Source: Octopus bimaculoides
Taxonomy: Eukaryota
Reading direction: 5' to 3'
DNA: 57,470 nt
Assembly: GCF_001194135.2 (NCBI RefSeq)
Contig: NC_068982.1
Span: 141,075,661-141,133,130, forward strand
Position numbers and translations under genes: made by a program. Under the pieces are notes generated by a model. The model was not told the DNA's origin. It ran no database searches and saw only the letters and a program-made list of their open reading frames with translations. Below are positions 1-12,893 of this stretch, piece after piece (position 1 is the first letter of the stretch; the number at the start of each line of letters is the position of its first letter).

Positions 1-39
<39 letters not shown>

Positions 40-59
40 TATAATTAAATTTTATAATT

Positions 60-300
60 TATTTACGTAGAAAAGTTTCAGCATGTAAACGGCAAGTTCA
101 CAAAGCACAAATAAATCAAACGCAGCTTGAATCTCTGTAAAATTTGATTAATGTAGGGCATGTAGAGTTGAGAATTTGTGAAAATGTTTCTCCCCATGAG
201 TTTTCCAACGATAAATGAAGACTGCATACTATATACGGCAAAATGATTTAATATCTGGCTAACATTATGCATCTCCAGAAAATCTCGTTAGATATATAAT
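60..300 (-). mobile_element. Possible Helitron helicase C-terminal relic
   Basis: Minus-strand peptide LMGRNIFTNSQLYM resembles the PIF1/Helitron motif (P)VFSHGQLYV. The match is short and degenerate. Confidence 0.35.
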
Positions 301-606
301 ATTTCATGTATGTGATATCCCCCATCTAGAGAAATGTTATAAACGCAAAACATGCTTGTGGAGGCTGTTAAATTTATAGCCTATCTGCAATAAAATTCCT
401 GTAAAATTTGCTAAACTGTTAAAACTATAATTATTACAAGCACTCCCCAACACACATACTGTCGTGCCCGTGTGCACGGGCATTTGGATGCATGAACATA
501 TATAACTATTTCTAAATCTATATGTTCCATTCTCTTTCTAACTCTCTCTCACTTCTCACAATCTGCCTCATATCTTTGCCGCTGTCTGTCTTTCTCTATC
601 TGTATT

Positions 607-895
607 TGTGGTAAGAAGCTTGCTTCCCCACCACATGGGTCACTGTACAGTCCTCGAGCAAAGCCTGGTGAGTGCATTTGATAGACGGAAAAAAGAAAAG
701 AAGATCGCTGTATATATACAAGTGTGTGTGTGGGTGTGTGTTTTTCCCCCACCATTATTTGACAACTGACCGGGGTGTGCTTATGTTAGCAGTTCGGCTA
801 ACGTGATCGAGAGAAAGAGTATTAAGCGCACAAAAATAAGTCCTGGGGTCGATTTCTTCGACTAACAAGGCCGTGGTCCAGCATGGTCTCAGTCA
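607..895 (+). mobile_element. SINE-A copy, decayed, including 3' tail
   Basis: tgtggtaagaagcttgcttccc...gatagacggaa matches the copies at 4344 and 32791. The tail is aaggccgtggtccagcatggtctcagtc. Confidence 0.75.
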
Positions 896-951
896 TATGT
901 ATGTATGTATGGATGAATGGATGGATGGATGGATGGATGGATGGATGTATG

Positions 952-985
<34 letters not shown>

Positions 986-1127
986 NNNNNNNNNNNNNNN
1001 NNNNNNNNNNNNNNNNNNNNNNNNNNNNNNNNNNNNNNNNNNNNNNNNNNNNNNNNNNNNNNNNNNNNNNNNNNNNNNNNNNNNNNNNNNNNNNNNNNNN
1101 NNNNNNNNNNNNNNNNNNNNNATATAT
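896..1127. repeat. Compound microsatellite (ATGT)/(ATGG)/(TA) with assembly gap
   Basis: Read directly; N run 986-1121. Confidence 0.95.
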
Positions 1128-1599
1128 ACCCACATACCCACATATACGCACAGATACCACCTTCTCTTACACTTTCCTGTCTTAGAAAGAACTTTTTCTA
1201 TGTCCTTCCATTCCGGTCATTCCAAAATGTAACTACATGTGGATTGTTGGCGATATTTTTCCTCCGTTTTCCTTTTCTCTTGGACTTCCCTCTGTCTCCT
1301 CTATCTGAAGAAGAGCTTTTCTCGAAAGGCAGAACATCCTTTCTTTCTTTCATTCCCTGTGCGTCTTATTAATATTTTGTTAATATCAACAATACGGAAT
1401 TTTTATTCAGCTCGTAAGTACCATAGCAAGCAAAACATAAAGACCTTCGTTCAAATTTCATTGGGAACATTTTACCTCAAATAATTTCGGGGTCGATAAA
1501 ATAAGTAACGTTCCATCACTGGAGTGGATGTAATCAGCTAACTCACTACCCTTATACCAAAATTCGAATCAATACTGAAATTGAAATAACGTTGAAGGA

Positions 1600-2030
1600 G
1601 TTAAAATACTTCATAATATTTATGTCCGATTAAACATAAACATTCACTAAAATATCTGGTATGGAATATGCTTACATCTAAACTTACAACCTGTAAGCAA
1701 ATGACTGGTATATCGATAATGGAATACAATAACATACAACATTCACGCAAGAGTTCTGATTGCCATGGTAAGTGTGTGAGACCCACTGAGTATGAAACTT
1801 GATTTAGCCCCAGTAAATATGTTTCGATTCTGTATGAATTTAGGAAATCCCAACAGCACTAGCTTTGAAATTACAGATCTATATGTAGAAGTGGTCTAAG
1901 TTGTTTATGGATAACATATGTAAAATATGAGAGAAGTTCGGCGAAGTCTAGCGCTGGCTTAGTAGTGGTTCTTTATGGAATATGAACTGAAAGATGTTTA
2001 ATTTATTGATTGTGTAGAAATTAAAAATAT
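1600..2030 (-). mobile_element. Possible ancient Penelope-like RT relic
   Basis: Minus-strand peptides ..VIHKQLRPLL.. and ..LQVVSLDVSIFHT resemble PLE RT motifs IHK..LRPIV and LVSLDV.SL.T. Weak and spread over different frames. Confidence 0.25.
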
Positions 2031-2494
2031 TTTCTTCTTTATCGAAGCGACTCATTAATGATTATTATATGCGAGATGTACCCAAGATTAAATTAATAAA
2101 ATTAATTAAGTCTGAAATGTAATGGTAATAGTAGTTTCAAGGAACTGTTTTTTGCTGTTTCACATACTCCCTTCTACTCTATCAAACAGATCTAGATGCA
2201 CATATTTTGGCCAGACTCAAGTTTTAAAGGAACATGTATTTGGATGTCTTAATTTGATTCGAAGACACCAACATTTCTAATTTATACAGAAATGTTGGAT
2301 ATAGACAATCATATGTTCAGATTACAGAATAACAAAAGCAGGTGAAACAGGATTCCTATTTGCTGCTATCGGCCAGATATAATGGGCATGTTGTTTGTTT
2401 GGAAAATAATGTTTATTGGAAAACGCTCAAGGGCTAGCACTTATATGTAAACCATGCTTTAAGCACCAATACTCTTTATTTCGCCATGTCCATA

Positions 2495-2533
2495 CACCCA
2501 TACATACATACATATATATATATATACACAGAC

Positions 2534-2623
<90 letters not shown>

Positions 2624-2720
2624 TTATTTATATATTTATTTATTTATATGTGTATATATGCGGATGCGCGAGCGTGTGTGTGTGAGAGAGTGTATGTGTG
2701 TGAGCGTGAGTGTGTGTAAT
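2495..2720. repeat. Compound microsatellite (TA)/(CA)/(TTTA)/(GT)
   Basis: Read directly. Confidence 0.95.
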
Positions 2721-3299
2721 TTACTGTTTCATATGTATGCTATAAATTAATGTATTATAGATAACTTACTGAGAAAGGAAAACGAGCTAACTTAAGAAGA
2801 AAACAAATGCGCAAATATTAATACGTAATATTGTTTTCAGAACGAAGTGTATAACTACTCATAGGATAAACTTCATAAAATCAGAGTGTATTTAATTCCA
2901 GCAATTTAAGGTTTCCTCCTGGATTCCTGATGCATTTGCAGTGGGCCCGTTTGCAAATAGATTTGACTTACTATATATTATCACTTCATCCACTCTTGCA
3001 GCGTGCACATTGCTTAATAGCTGTGATATTATTAGTTTTTAATGAGATCGATTTCTGATGAACAGATAAAAGTCACTTAAGAGTAGATTTATTATCCGTT
3101 TACCATCTCGTATCTGCTCTCTTTCCAAAATGTTCTCATTTTATTTTAATTTACACCGTCTTTAAACTGTGCATTCTCATTTTCCTCGAACTAATTGACA
3201 TTTGATTTCACACCCTGGAGTATAATTCAGTGTAGAACTTATTAGATTATTTCTAATATGTAATTTAATGGAGATCTGTTATTACAGATATGTCTTACA

Positions 3300-3495
3300 A
3301 CGGATATATATATATATATATATATAAGCAAACCGTTCTCTCTCTTTCCCTATATATNNNNNNNNNNNNNNNNNNNNNNNNNNNNNNNNNNNNNNNNNNN
3401 NNNNNNNNNNNNNNNNNNNNNNNNNNNNNNNNNNNNNNNNNNNNNNNNNNNNNNNNNNNNNNNNNNNNNNNNNNNNNNNNNNNNNNNNNNNNNNN

Positions 3496-3526
<31 letters not shown>

Positions 3527-3661
3527 CGTATACATATAAACAAATCCAAGTTTTGACATGTCGATTCATTTTTTGCTTCTCAGATTTTCGTGAAGGGAAT
3601 ACAAAACGTAATACAATAACGAACATTACATTTTTGCGTGTTACTACATATAGATAGATAA

Positions 3662-3726
<65 letters not shown>

Positions 3727-3900
3727 GATATATACATATATATATGTATTGTAACTTTTAGATTGTGTTTAATAATAAAACACATTATGTAAAAAAAATC
3801 TTGAAAATAGAATTCAATATGCGATCCTTAACTGATTGCTATATATACTCTCATATATATGTGTATGTGTGTGTGTGTGTGTGTGTGTGTNNNNNNNNNN

Positions 3901-3955
<55 letters not shown>

Positions 3956-4035
3956 TGTCTGTCTGTCTGTGTGTGTGGGTCTGTGTATGTCTGTGTGTGT
4001 ATGTGTGTATGTGTGTTTATATGTATATATATATA
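3300..4035. repeat. Microsatellite cluster: (TA) with gap, (GATA)n at 3645-3745, (GT)n at 3850-4035
   Basis: Read directly. Confidence 0.9.
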
Positions 4036-4343
4036 TAATCGCGTAACGTATGAAAGTGCTTGTTTATTTCAATATTGTCAATTTGTACAAATTGCAAATA
4101 ACAAAATTTGAAAATCAGACTATGTTGGAGTTTCATTGATTAATACATACATACATACAAACATGCATATATATATACATATACATACATATATATATAA
4201 ATATATATGAGCTTTTAAATAAGTTGTCCACCAATAATGGTGTTTTCATACCGATGGGCTTGGTAAAAATTATTAATCGTTAATTGATTTATTAATTAAT
4301 AAATTGATAATCCTTTACCCTTTTAATTTTTAATATATATATA

Positions 4344-4508
4344 GGCGTAGGAGTGGCTGTGTGGTAAGTAGCTTGCTTACAAACCACATGGTCCCGGGTT
4401 CAGTCCCACTGCGTGGCATCTTGGGCAAGTGCCTTCTACTATAGCCTCGGGCCGACCAATGCCTTGTGAGTGGATTTGGTAGACGGAAACTGAAAGAAGC
4501 CTGTCGTA
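4344..4508 (+). mobile_element. SINE-A copy (tRNA-like head, well preserved)
   Basis: ggcgtaggagtggctgtgtggtaag...gggttcagtcccactgcgtggcatcttgggcaagtgccttctactatagcctcgggccgacc...gaaagaagcctgtcgta, followed by a TA/TG microsatellite. Confidence 0.9.
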
Positions 4509-4605
4509 TATATGTATATATATATATGTATGTGTGNNNNNNNNNNNNNNNNNNNNNNNNNNNNNNNNNNNNNNNNNNNNNNNNNNNNNNNNNNNNNNNN
4601 NNNNN

Positions 4606-4912
4606 GTCCACCAATAATGGTGTTTTCATACCGATGGGCTTGGTAAAAATTATTAATCGTTAATTGATTTATTAATTAATAAATTGATAATCCTTTACCC
4701 TTTTAATTTTTAATATATATATAGGCGTAGGAGTGGCTGTGTGGTAAGTAGCTTGCTTACAAACCACATGGTCCCGGGTTCAGTCCCACTGCGTGGCATC
4801 TTGGGCAAGTGCCTTCTACTATAGCCTCGGGCCGACCAATGCCTTGTGAGTGGATTTGGTAGACGGAAACTGAAAGAAGCCTGTCGTATATATGTATATA
4901 TATATATGTATG
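4606..4912 (+). repeat. Identical duplicate of 4226-4532, including a second SINE-A copy at 4724-4888; probable assembly overlap
   Basis: About 307 bp identical on both sides of a 69-N gap (4537-4605). Confidence 0.85.
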
Positions 4913-5084
4913 CACGTGTTTGTATGTGTACGTGTATGTGTGCGTGCTAGGAAATAAAAATAATCGGAATCAAATTAAGAATAGAAAATATTAAGTTTCT
5001 TTTCGTGTCTATGTTCACCAATTTTTACGTCTACCTTTATGAATATATTCATTTCATCGTCCAACTATCATGTCCGTCTGTGGA

Positions 5085-5170
5085 AGCGCAAAGTTTAGGG
5101 GTGTTGGTCTTGCAGTCGTGATCGCAGGTTTCTGGTTTAGCTTCCTGGACAGGGCGATATTTTGTGATAT
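5085..5170 (+). mobile_element. Decayed SINE-C-type tRNA-like head
   Basis: ttaggggtgttggtcttgcagtcgtgatcgcaggtttc...ttcctggacagggcga aligns loosely to the heads at 18057 and 27185. Confidence 0.45.
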
Positions 5171-7838
5171 TGATATTTGATCCTTTAATTATTTCCCATC
5201 TCTAAAAAAGTTTCAACACGTAAGATGCTCTGGAAAGGAGATAATCACTTCTTAATCATTTCGTATCCGGATTAGAAATTAGAATTTTAACAGAAAAAGT
5301 CACTTAACAAAGTACATAGGATATCAATATTTAATGTATTTTTTCTTCTTCTATGTCATTAAAAAATATTAAAATTTCATGTCATATGTAATCATGTATT
5401 TTCACACTTTCGCAAGTTTTAAAAACTTATCTATTTTGTTTTATTCAACTTCATTTTTACAATATTCCAAACATCAAATTCCAGATTATATCTCAATTTC
5501 GAAGGAAGATAGCAGACAAACTTTCCAGGAAAAACTCCTATTTTCAGTAAAAATTGAAAGTAGCGTTAATCGTAAATAGTAACACAGGCAAATACATAAA
5601 CATCCCTCCAATTTCATTGAAAACAATTCGCAAAGTGATCTCTGATAAAATAAATAATACAAGAGTCGACATCGTATAGTTGTTTTCTATGAAAACATCT
5701 TGACTGATCGGTGGAAATATATTATGAAAATTATCTTCAGTAAAACATGTAATTGTTGAAAACAAAGATGTGGGTGATTCTGGTTGCGGTAGAGAAAAGG
5801 AGGAAAATTGCAGTGAATATTCGATATTAAATAACCTTTCAATTTCTTTTAGAAGGAATGAAGAAAAACATTACCCATTCAAAATGTTGTATAATATTTT
5901 AAAATAATATAATAATGTATGTGTTTTGTAATTAATCTTTGGTATTTTGATTACCAAAGAGAACTTCCATATTACCAACTTTATTTTATTTTCGAAACAA
6001 AATCGGAGGACACATAATTGCACAAATTCTGTTATGTTTCACCGATGAATAAAGAACAAACAAGTTATGTATGGCAGCCAATTGAAAAGCGTTATTGAAA
6101 CCTCTCATTCATACGTTTTGCATTTCAGATTTCCTTCCTGTTGTTACTTTTATTCTTATTCATGGTTTTCATGTTTTTTTCTTTATTGCTATTTTCATAT
6201 TCTTTCAGTTAGAACATTTAGAAATAGAAATCAATTACTCTAGTCATATTTCAGCTTAAGTTTTTAATTACTACAATATTTTCTATGCATAGAATATTAT
6301 TTAAATAAAAATTCCTTAAATGTTCAAATATTCTCATTCAGTAAATTCAAGAACAAACTGTGATACAAATAGAAAGCGGAAATAATTTGTTAGATATGCT
6401 GACAATGAAACAATGAATGTCCAATGTAAAAGGATGTAATTTCTTTGTGCTCACAAAAGCACAAAAAGAAACAGCGTCGGCCAACTTTCGTTATATCCGT
6501 TTCTATTTACATATTCTCTCTACTCGTTGCTTTACTTATTTTTGTTTGGATACTTTTGGTGAAATCATAAGAGCTGTATTCAATTAAAACTATAAGCAAA
6601 CATTTGGCATGAATTTAATAATGTAAATCTGTTGATTTAAATATTTTATCAATAATATTTCCATTTATATATATATATATATATATATTTGCAATATTAG
6701 GAAACCGTAAATACTGATAAATTAATGAAACAAATAATGTACTCAAGAATCAAAATATCATTCCGTCGAAATCACATGTTACAGACCCTGCATACTGCCA
6801 TACATCATCCTCGGTCTTCCAGCACTGCATGTCACACCGAGAACATTGTTTCAACGAAGTTGTAACTGCAACTATTTCAGCCATTTTGTGATGGATGCCT
6901 TTTACACTCATGCATATAAAACTATTCTCAATAAAAGACACTATGGCTGCAATCATGATATAGAGAATGTAGTTTCTGTCCCACAAGAAATATTTCATGC
7001 AATCTCGGGCATACGTTCCTCAATGATGGTTTTCCAGTATTACAATTTTAGGGACTGACTGAAAAGCCATCAGTCTTAATTATGCGTGATACGTATCCTA
7101 TCCTGGCGAACCACATCAACTTCGGATTTTGAAAGACATTTAGCTATGAAGTTACATCTAATAGCGAACCGTGTAATCGAGCGTTCTCTTATTCGTAATA
7201 TAATAGTTGTCCGTGAATACATTAACAAAACTTAAATAAATATAAATTGCAGCAACGTGACATTTCCGGAAATTCCATGTTGCTCATTAAATCTTATATT
7301 GGTCGATAAATGTTTGAATATTGCTTCTAATCAAGAAAGAGCTACATACACTATAGGTTTTGGAATTAGCATTATTTGTCGATATCATATTCTTCAACCT
7401 TGCAGTGCTGAAGTGCCTGACACCTGTCAATGGCAACAAGTTGAAAGTAGTATATGTAGTAATATATATATATATATATATAAAGAACGTCTTGCGGAAT
7501 ATGTGCAAACATGCATATACCCGCACACCCTCACTTATGGTATATCTGATGTGCATAGCCAGATGTATAACTGATACCGTTGGGGTTTGAGATCCTCGTA
7601 GATTATCAACTGCGCACGTAATGCAGATGTTCGAAGCAAACAGGTCGGTGACGAATATAAAGGAGGCAAATGATATCTACTTCTGTTTATCATATCTCAG
7701 ACCTGTATACTTGTACGTGTATATGTATGTGAACACACACGTATAACCATCCACAAACGTACACACTCGCACACGCACACACATACGCACTCGCATACAC
7801 ACACACGCACGCGCACACACACATATACATATTAGTAT

Positions 7839-8190
7839 GGCACTCCGTGGGTTACTACGACGATGGTTCCAGTTCATCCAATCAACGGAACAGCCTGCTC
7901 ATGAAATTAACGTGCAAGTGGTTGAGTGTTCCACAGACACGTGTACCCATAACGTAATTTTCGGGGAGATTCAACGTGACAAGGCTGGCCCTTTGAAATA
8001 CAGCTACAATAGAAACAAGAGGAAATAATGAGAGAAATTTGAGGTGAAAGGGTATATCAGGGTTCTCCACCACCCTATTCCGGAGCTTCGTGGAGCTTTA
8101 AGTGTTTTCGCTCAATAAATACCCGCATCGCCCTGTCTGGGAATCGAAATAGCAATTCTATAACCGTAAGGCCACTGCCCTAACCATTGT
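7839..8190 (-). mobile_element. SINE-C copy
   Basis: Conserved block tcaacggaacagcctgctcatgaaattaacgtgcaagtgg...cacagacacgtgtaccc, shared with 18057, 27185, 39783 and 47285. Confidence 0.85.
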
Positions 8191-8209
8191 ATCTCCACAT
8201 ATAAATATA

Positions 8210-8480
8210 TATAACTTTTGAACTTTTCCACTTTTGTAAAACTCCTTTATCATCTTTATTTTTACCTTTACTTTCCTTCACCTACCGTCTGACCGTTGAC
8301 TGAACACTATTCAATTTTTTTTCTCCGTGTTTTTCTCCTTGTCTCCGCATTCTTTATGTTGAAGAGCGTAGCTCGTTAACGTCAAAGACTTTCCGTATTC
8401 CCGAGCGTCATACTAATACATGCTTTTGTTATTTACACCACCTGTCCTCGTCTGTTGTTGTTTTTTCGTACATTCTCCCA
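8210..8480 (+). mobile_element. Penelope-type terminal repeat fragment with decayed hammerhead-like motif
   Basis: ttgaagagcgtagctcgttaacgtc (8359-8383), then ttcccgagcgtcatactaatac, which is related to the minus-strand element at 50645-50830. Confidence 0.5.
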
Positions 8481-8500
8481 TATATATATATATGTATATA

Positions 8501-9990
8501 TTAGGTTTAGTCAAAAAGAAATTCCGTCTTTGGAATGTAAATTGTAATGAAACATACCGAACATCGAATGTTTAAAATTAAAATGAAAACTATCATTTTT
8601 AAAAGACGCTCATCTGTCATTTATATTTAATCACTGAAAGTGTGCACTTCATAGATTAGCATTAAATTTCACTAAGGCGACGAGTGGCAGAAATGTTAGC
8701 ACACTGGGCGAAATGCTTAGTAATTTGTTCGTCTATCTTTACGTTCTGAGTTCAAATTCCACCGAGGTCGACTTTACCTTTCATCCCTTCGAGGTCGATA
8801 AATTAAGTGCTAGTTGCATACTGAAGTCGATCTATTCGACTGGACTCCTCCCCCAAAATTTCAGGCTTTGTGCCTAGAGCAGAAAAGAATATTAAATTTC
8901 ACTCCCGTAAAATGAATGAACTGGAAGTGCATATTCAACATGTGATATTATCAGAGTTTAAGAATGGAAAAGAACGCCACAGAAACAGCTAAAAAATATT
9001 GGTTTTCAAATGTTCGTTCCATAGATTTGTCATTGAGAGATGACGCTCATCAAACTTTGACCCAGGATGCTCATCAGTCTTTCCTCATAAGGGTTTATGA
9101 AACTTAATGGAATTCAATCCTTCTAAAAGTACTTGAGAATTAGGAGTTGACCTTAAGACTCCCCAATCCACCAAATGTCACCACTTTGAAAAAATAGGAT
9201 AAGTCAGCAAGCTGGGTGTTTCAGTTCACTGTACCCTTAGTGAGAAGAATAGGGAAGATCATATGTCCATAGGGACAAGTCTTCTTTCAAAAGAGAAATA
9301 TGCCCCGTTTCTCAATATTATCATTACAAGTGATGCAAAATGGGTCTTTTATGACGATGTTGATTGAAAAATGCAGTCAACTGACAAGTGTAACTCTTCA
9401 CAACTTATCTCAAAGGCTGAACTCTGTGTAGCGATGGTTATACTGTGTGTATGGTAGAATCACTGCAGTATTATTTATTTTTGAGTTTTTAAATCGCAAT
9501 CAAACGTTAAAGCCGACATATAATCTCAACTGCTGCACCATGTTCATGAAAATGTTTTAAGAAAATGCCCCGTATTTGTCGATAGGAGAAACATTGTGCT
9601 TCTCTGTGATATTGCAAGACAACTATTACTAAAGATCATGAAAGATAAAATATTCGATTTGGACTGGTGTGTTCAACTCAAGCCATTATATTCACTGCAA
9701 CTTGCACCGACTGATTTCCTTCTTCCTTGATTTGTAAAAAATGCTGTGATGGGGAAAAAAATCCTCAAGAAAATCAGGTGAAAATGGATGTGGAAAGACT
9801 CTTCCTGTCGAGGCCGGCTGAATTTTACTCAAGAGGAATTAAAACGTTACCTGATAAAAGGCAAGACGCCATTCAAAATAATAACAACTTCATTGATATT
9901 AGAAAACAATCCTGTGTACATTTTTTTAACAAAATCTGAAGTTCAGTATTACTGAAGTCAATATGTGCTAACGATGATGATAACGGAACA
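8501..9990 (+). mobile_element. Mariner transposon relic (decayed transposase), interrupted by SINE-B
   Basis: Starts TA|ttaggtttagtc. Peptides FLNIIITSDAKWVFYDDV (cf. ITGDEKW), YSLQLAPTDFLL (cf. YSPDLAPTD) and RPAEFYSRGIKTLPDKRQDAIQNN. Multiple stops and frameshifts; right TIR eroded. Confidence 0.85.
8674..8890 (+). mobile_element. SINE-B monomer with 13-bp TSD
   Basis: TSD attaaatttcact at 8661-8673 and 8891-8903. Body runs ggcgacgagtggcagaaatgttagc...gttctgagttcaaattccaccgaggtcgac...gagcagaaaagaat. Confidence 0.92.
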
Positions 9991-10439
9991 ATAAATTATG
10001 CAATAAAGTTCATTGCATAATTCCTTGTTCTTTTGTCATAATTTAAATTCATATTACTCTCTGTACTCGACTAACGCTTTATTCTGAATCACTGAATCAT
10101 ATATAGATTGAGTTCAAACACCTGGTTATTAGTATTGCTATGACTCAACAAATTCTAAATATAGGTATGCGTGTGTGTATAAATGAGTACTAGAAATAAA
10201 AGTCATTGGTACAGTATTGCATATGTTTTGATAATTATTTCACCTGAACAAATTGTTGTGTCTTGCTCAACACTGATATGTCCCACATTATAATGACGTA
10301 CTTCGTCTTCTGCGCGAATGGCCCGAACGGAGTACCTCGCCGACAGACACCACTTGTGTCTGTTATATATTTATTTTTTGTGGAACAGCCCACTTCTCTC
10401 ACTCAGGGGTGTCCTCCACAGCATAAATAAATATATAAA

Positions 10440-11765
10440 TCATAAGGGGTTACAAATCCTTTTGCCACATACTTCAAAATGTTGAGTACATATCATGTTT
10501 CTAATGAGTTTGTCATGAACTTGTTGCCTATGCACCCTTACTCTCTCAAATAATCCAATACATGTTTGTCCGATGTAGTTTTTCTTTGCATTCACCGAAA
10601 GTGACACTTTAAATCATGTTTCAGATTTTCATTCATATTTGCAATGACTTTAAAATGAATGTTGTTTTTGAAGGTGATTGCTTATCATTCTTCAATACAA
10701 TCGAATATTTCCCAAAGAGGTTCACCACATTTTTGTACTCTATTGATATCGCATTTTCGTTTTAAATCTTGTTTTTTGTTAATTATTTTTTAAGGTTAAA
10801 TATGTGAGGTCTGCTATAAATTATTTCTGAAAGTCTTTAGTTTGTTCATTTATGAGTACTGTTGAAGAATTGGATGACATCAGCAGCAACATTCAGAATA
10901 TCCTGGCCTTTTGGGTGTGCGATGATAAAGGGAAGGTGTGTCTATTAATTTATTTTGTTAGGTTCTTAGTTTCTTCTCATTTATTGTAGCTGGGAGGTCG
11001 TCTTTGTGATTGTAGCTGAGTCAATACGTCTATTGGGATTTATTTTTTTATTTTTCTAGAAACATTTTTAATTTTCGAAATCTTTTATACCTTAACTTTG
11101 CGTCTGTAACTCTAGTACACATACGTTTTCCCATATTAAAGAGCATCTTTCTTTTCATATGTGAACGATAAGATGAAATTTCAAATACTGGGGTGTATCC
11201 GTTGATTTATAATAAGATCTACTTTAATTATTTTAATCCCCTCTAAGAAAAAATATGTCCTAAAATGTTAGTGCTTTCGTGTGTTATATTATAGTAAATT
11301 TTAATCAGGCATTTAAAAGTGAGTGAATGATGCCTACGTGTTCTTGATTGTGATCCAAAGTTAAAGCAGTAATCTTACTATCGTTTCTTTTTTTTTTCTT
11401 TATGGAAATGCAGAATTTTTAGTTAAAGGTTTCTAGTAGTTGGGAATAGAATTTGTTTTCTAAGACACCATTACAATTGTTGAGTAAATGGTGGCTATTT
11501 TTGTCAGCATCACTGTTCCTTTTATTTGGAAAGGAAACTTATTATCAAAGAAGTGACTACCTTGAAGTATTAATTTCAATCATTACAAAATTAACATTTT
11601 TTCTCAGAATATTTTCTTGATGTGTTTTGGGTGATTTTCTTTTTTTTTCTCAACCAGAAATTCAAGGCTTGAAATACCAGTTTATTTAGATTGGTGAGGA
11701 GATACGGAAATAGTGAGTAATATAAATGACATTACTTTTGTGGTTGCAGGTATGTAATACAAACA
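10440..11765 (-). mobile_element. Penelope-like element relic: RT plus GIY-YIG endonuclease (pseudogenised)
   Basis: Minus-strand peptides in order: IPATTKVMSF..PH..GIQALNFWLRK; FFDNKFPFQIKGTVMLTKIATIYST (cf. GTAMGTKMAP); LKFT..KALTF*DI..VDLIYKSTDTPQYLKF; CKENYIGQTCIGLFERVRVHRQQV..CTQHFEVCGK. Many stops and frameshifts. Confidence 0.85.
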
Positions 11766-12819
11766 ATGTTCCACAAAGGAACAGCAAATGGTTATGCGAC
11801 ATTAAAACAAACAATCTACGGGTAAAAACAAAATAAAAGCAGTCAGGACAGTACATTTCCAAGACAGAATATATAAGAGCCATGATGCATGGAGGTAAAA
11901 TCTGAAATTGTTGTGAGGTGTATAACATATAATAAGAGGGATAAAATAAAAAATGAAAGATCAGTAAAGAGTAATATTGTTCTTTCATTGATCTCCGTCT
12001 ACTATACGTACATAGTGGGTCCATCCTCTCATCTACGCATATATTCATCAGAGGTATGCGTAGGTAGGAGGATAGATCCAAGCGTATTGGTAATGCTCAA
12101 GTCGAAGCTAGATGGAAGTAAGGAAAGTTAAGTTTGCACCTCAGGGGTACAGTTCAAAACATTTTGGCAAAATGTATGTCTATGTCAAAGAGCTTTGGGT
12201 ATATGTGTGCGTGTGTTTGTGCATGCGTGTGTGTGTGTGTTTGTACATGTGTGCATGTTATGTGTGTGTGTGTGTATTTTATGTCAGTGTGCGTATTATG
12301 ACTGTTTTTTCAGCGTTGGTGCATTCAGAATTAAGATTTACGAATAATGGCATTTATTCTTTCCCTCTTGATACCCGAAATGAGAAAACTTTACTTTTGA
12401 AAGATATTTAATATTAATCATTATGAAGGCAGCGAATGGTTCTCTTCTTTCCGATTGAAAATTAATAGGAAAACAATCCATCATTTATACAGTCGTAAAG
12501 ATTTATGTTGTTGATTACATACATTTGTAAGTTCCATTGTATTTTATCATAGATTTCTATCATAGATTTCTCTCAAAGTATAGTCGTAAAATTGTGATGC
12601 TTTGCTAGGTTTGTCTAAATTTTATTCCCTAAAATAGAGAGGTCATTATCTATTAAACACACATGCGCCCAATATTCGGAAAGTTAGGTAATGCCGAATC
12701 GATTATGTAAAATGAAATGAACAAGCATTAGACGTATTTGAAATTATATTACATCTGCCGAACAATTGAAAAGACTTTTAGATATAAAAAAGAAGTTCTT
12801 TTAATTTTTGAAGGAATAC

Positions 12820-12893
12820 CTGTTGGGTGTGTTAAGAATATAAGAAAGATTCTCATTGGTGATTCTCATTTTTGTTGTAGAAACAGAAAGTGC
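12820..12893 (-). CDS. Candidate internal exon, unidentified gene (phase 0 to 2; ALSVSTTKMRITNENLSYILNTPN)
   Basis: Acceptor aattttttttctag|G and donor CAG|gtattc; one open frame. Similar-looking site pairs also arise by chance in this window. Confidence 0.3.

Noticed and set aside
4226-4912. Tandem duplication as a biological event
   Set aside because: 100% identity on both sides of an N gap is typical of unmerged contig overlap.
5050-5144. Kazal-like peptide CDHDCKTNTPKLCASTDG after an apparent acceptor (minus strand)
   Set aside because: It is the antisense of a decayed SINE head and stops before completing the domain.
11658-12081. Plus-strand exon-like segment (ccag|...cag|gtatgt) and hydrophobic minus-strand ORF 11686..12081
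   Set aside because: The plus segment has stops in all three frames. The overlapping region is explained by the Penelope RT relic in other minus-strand frames.
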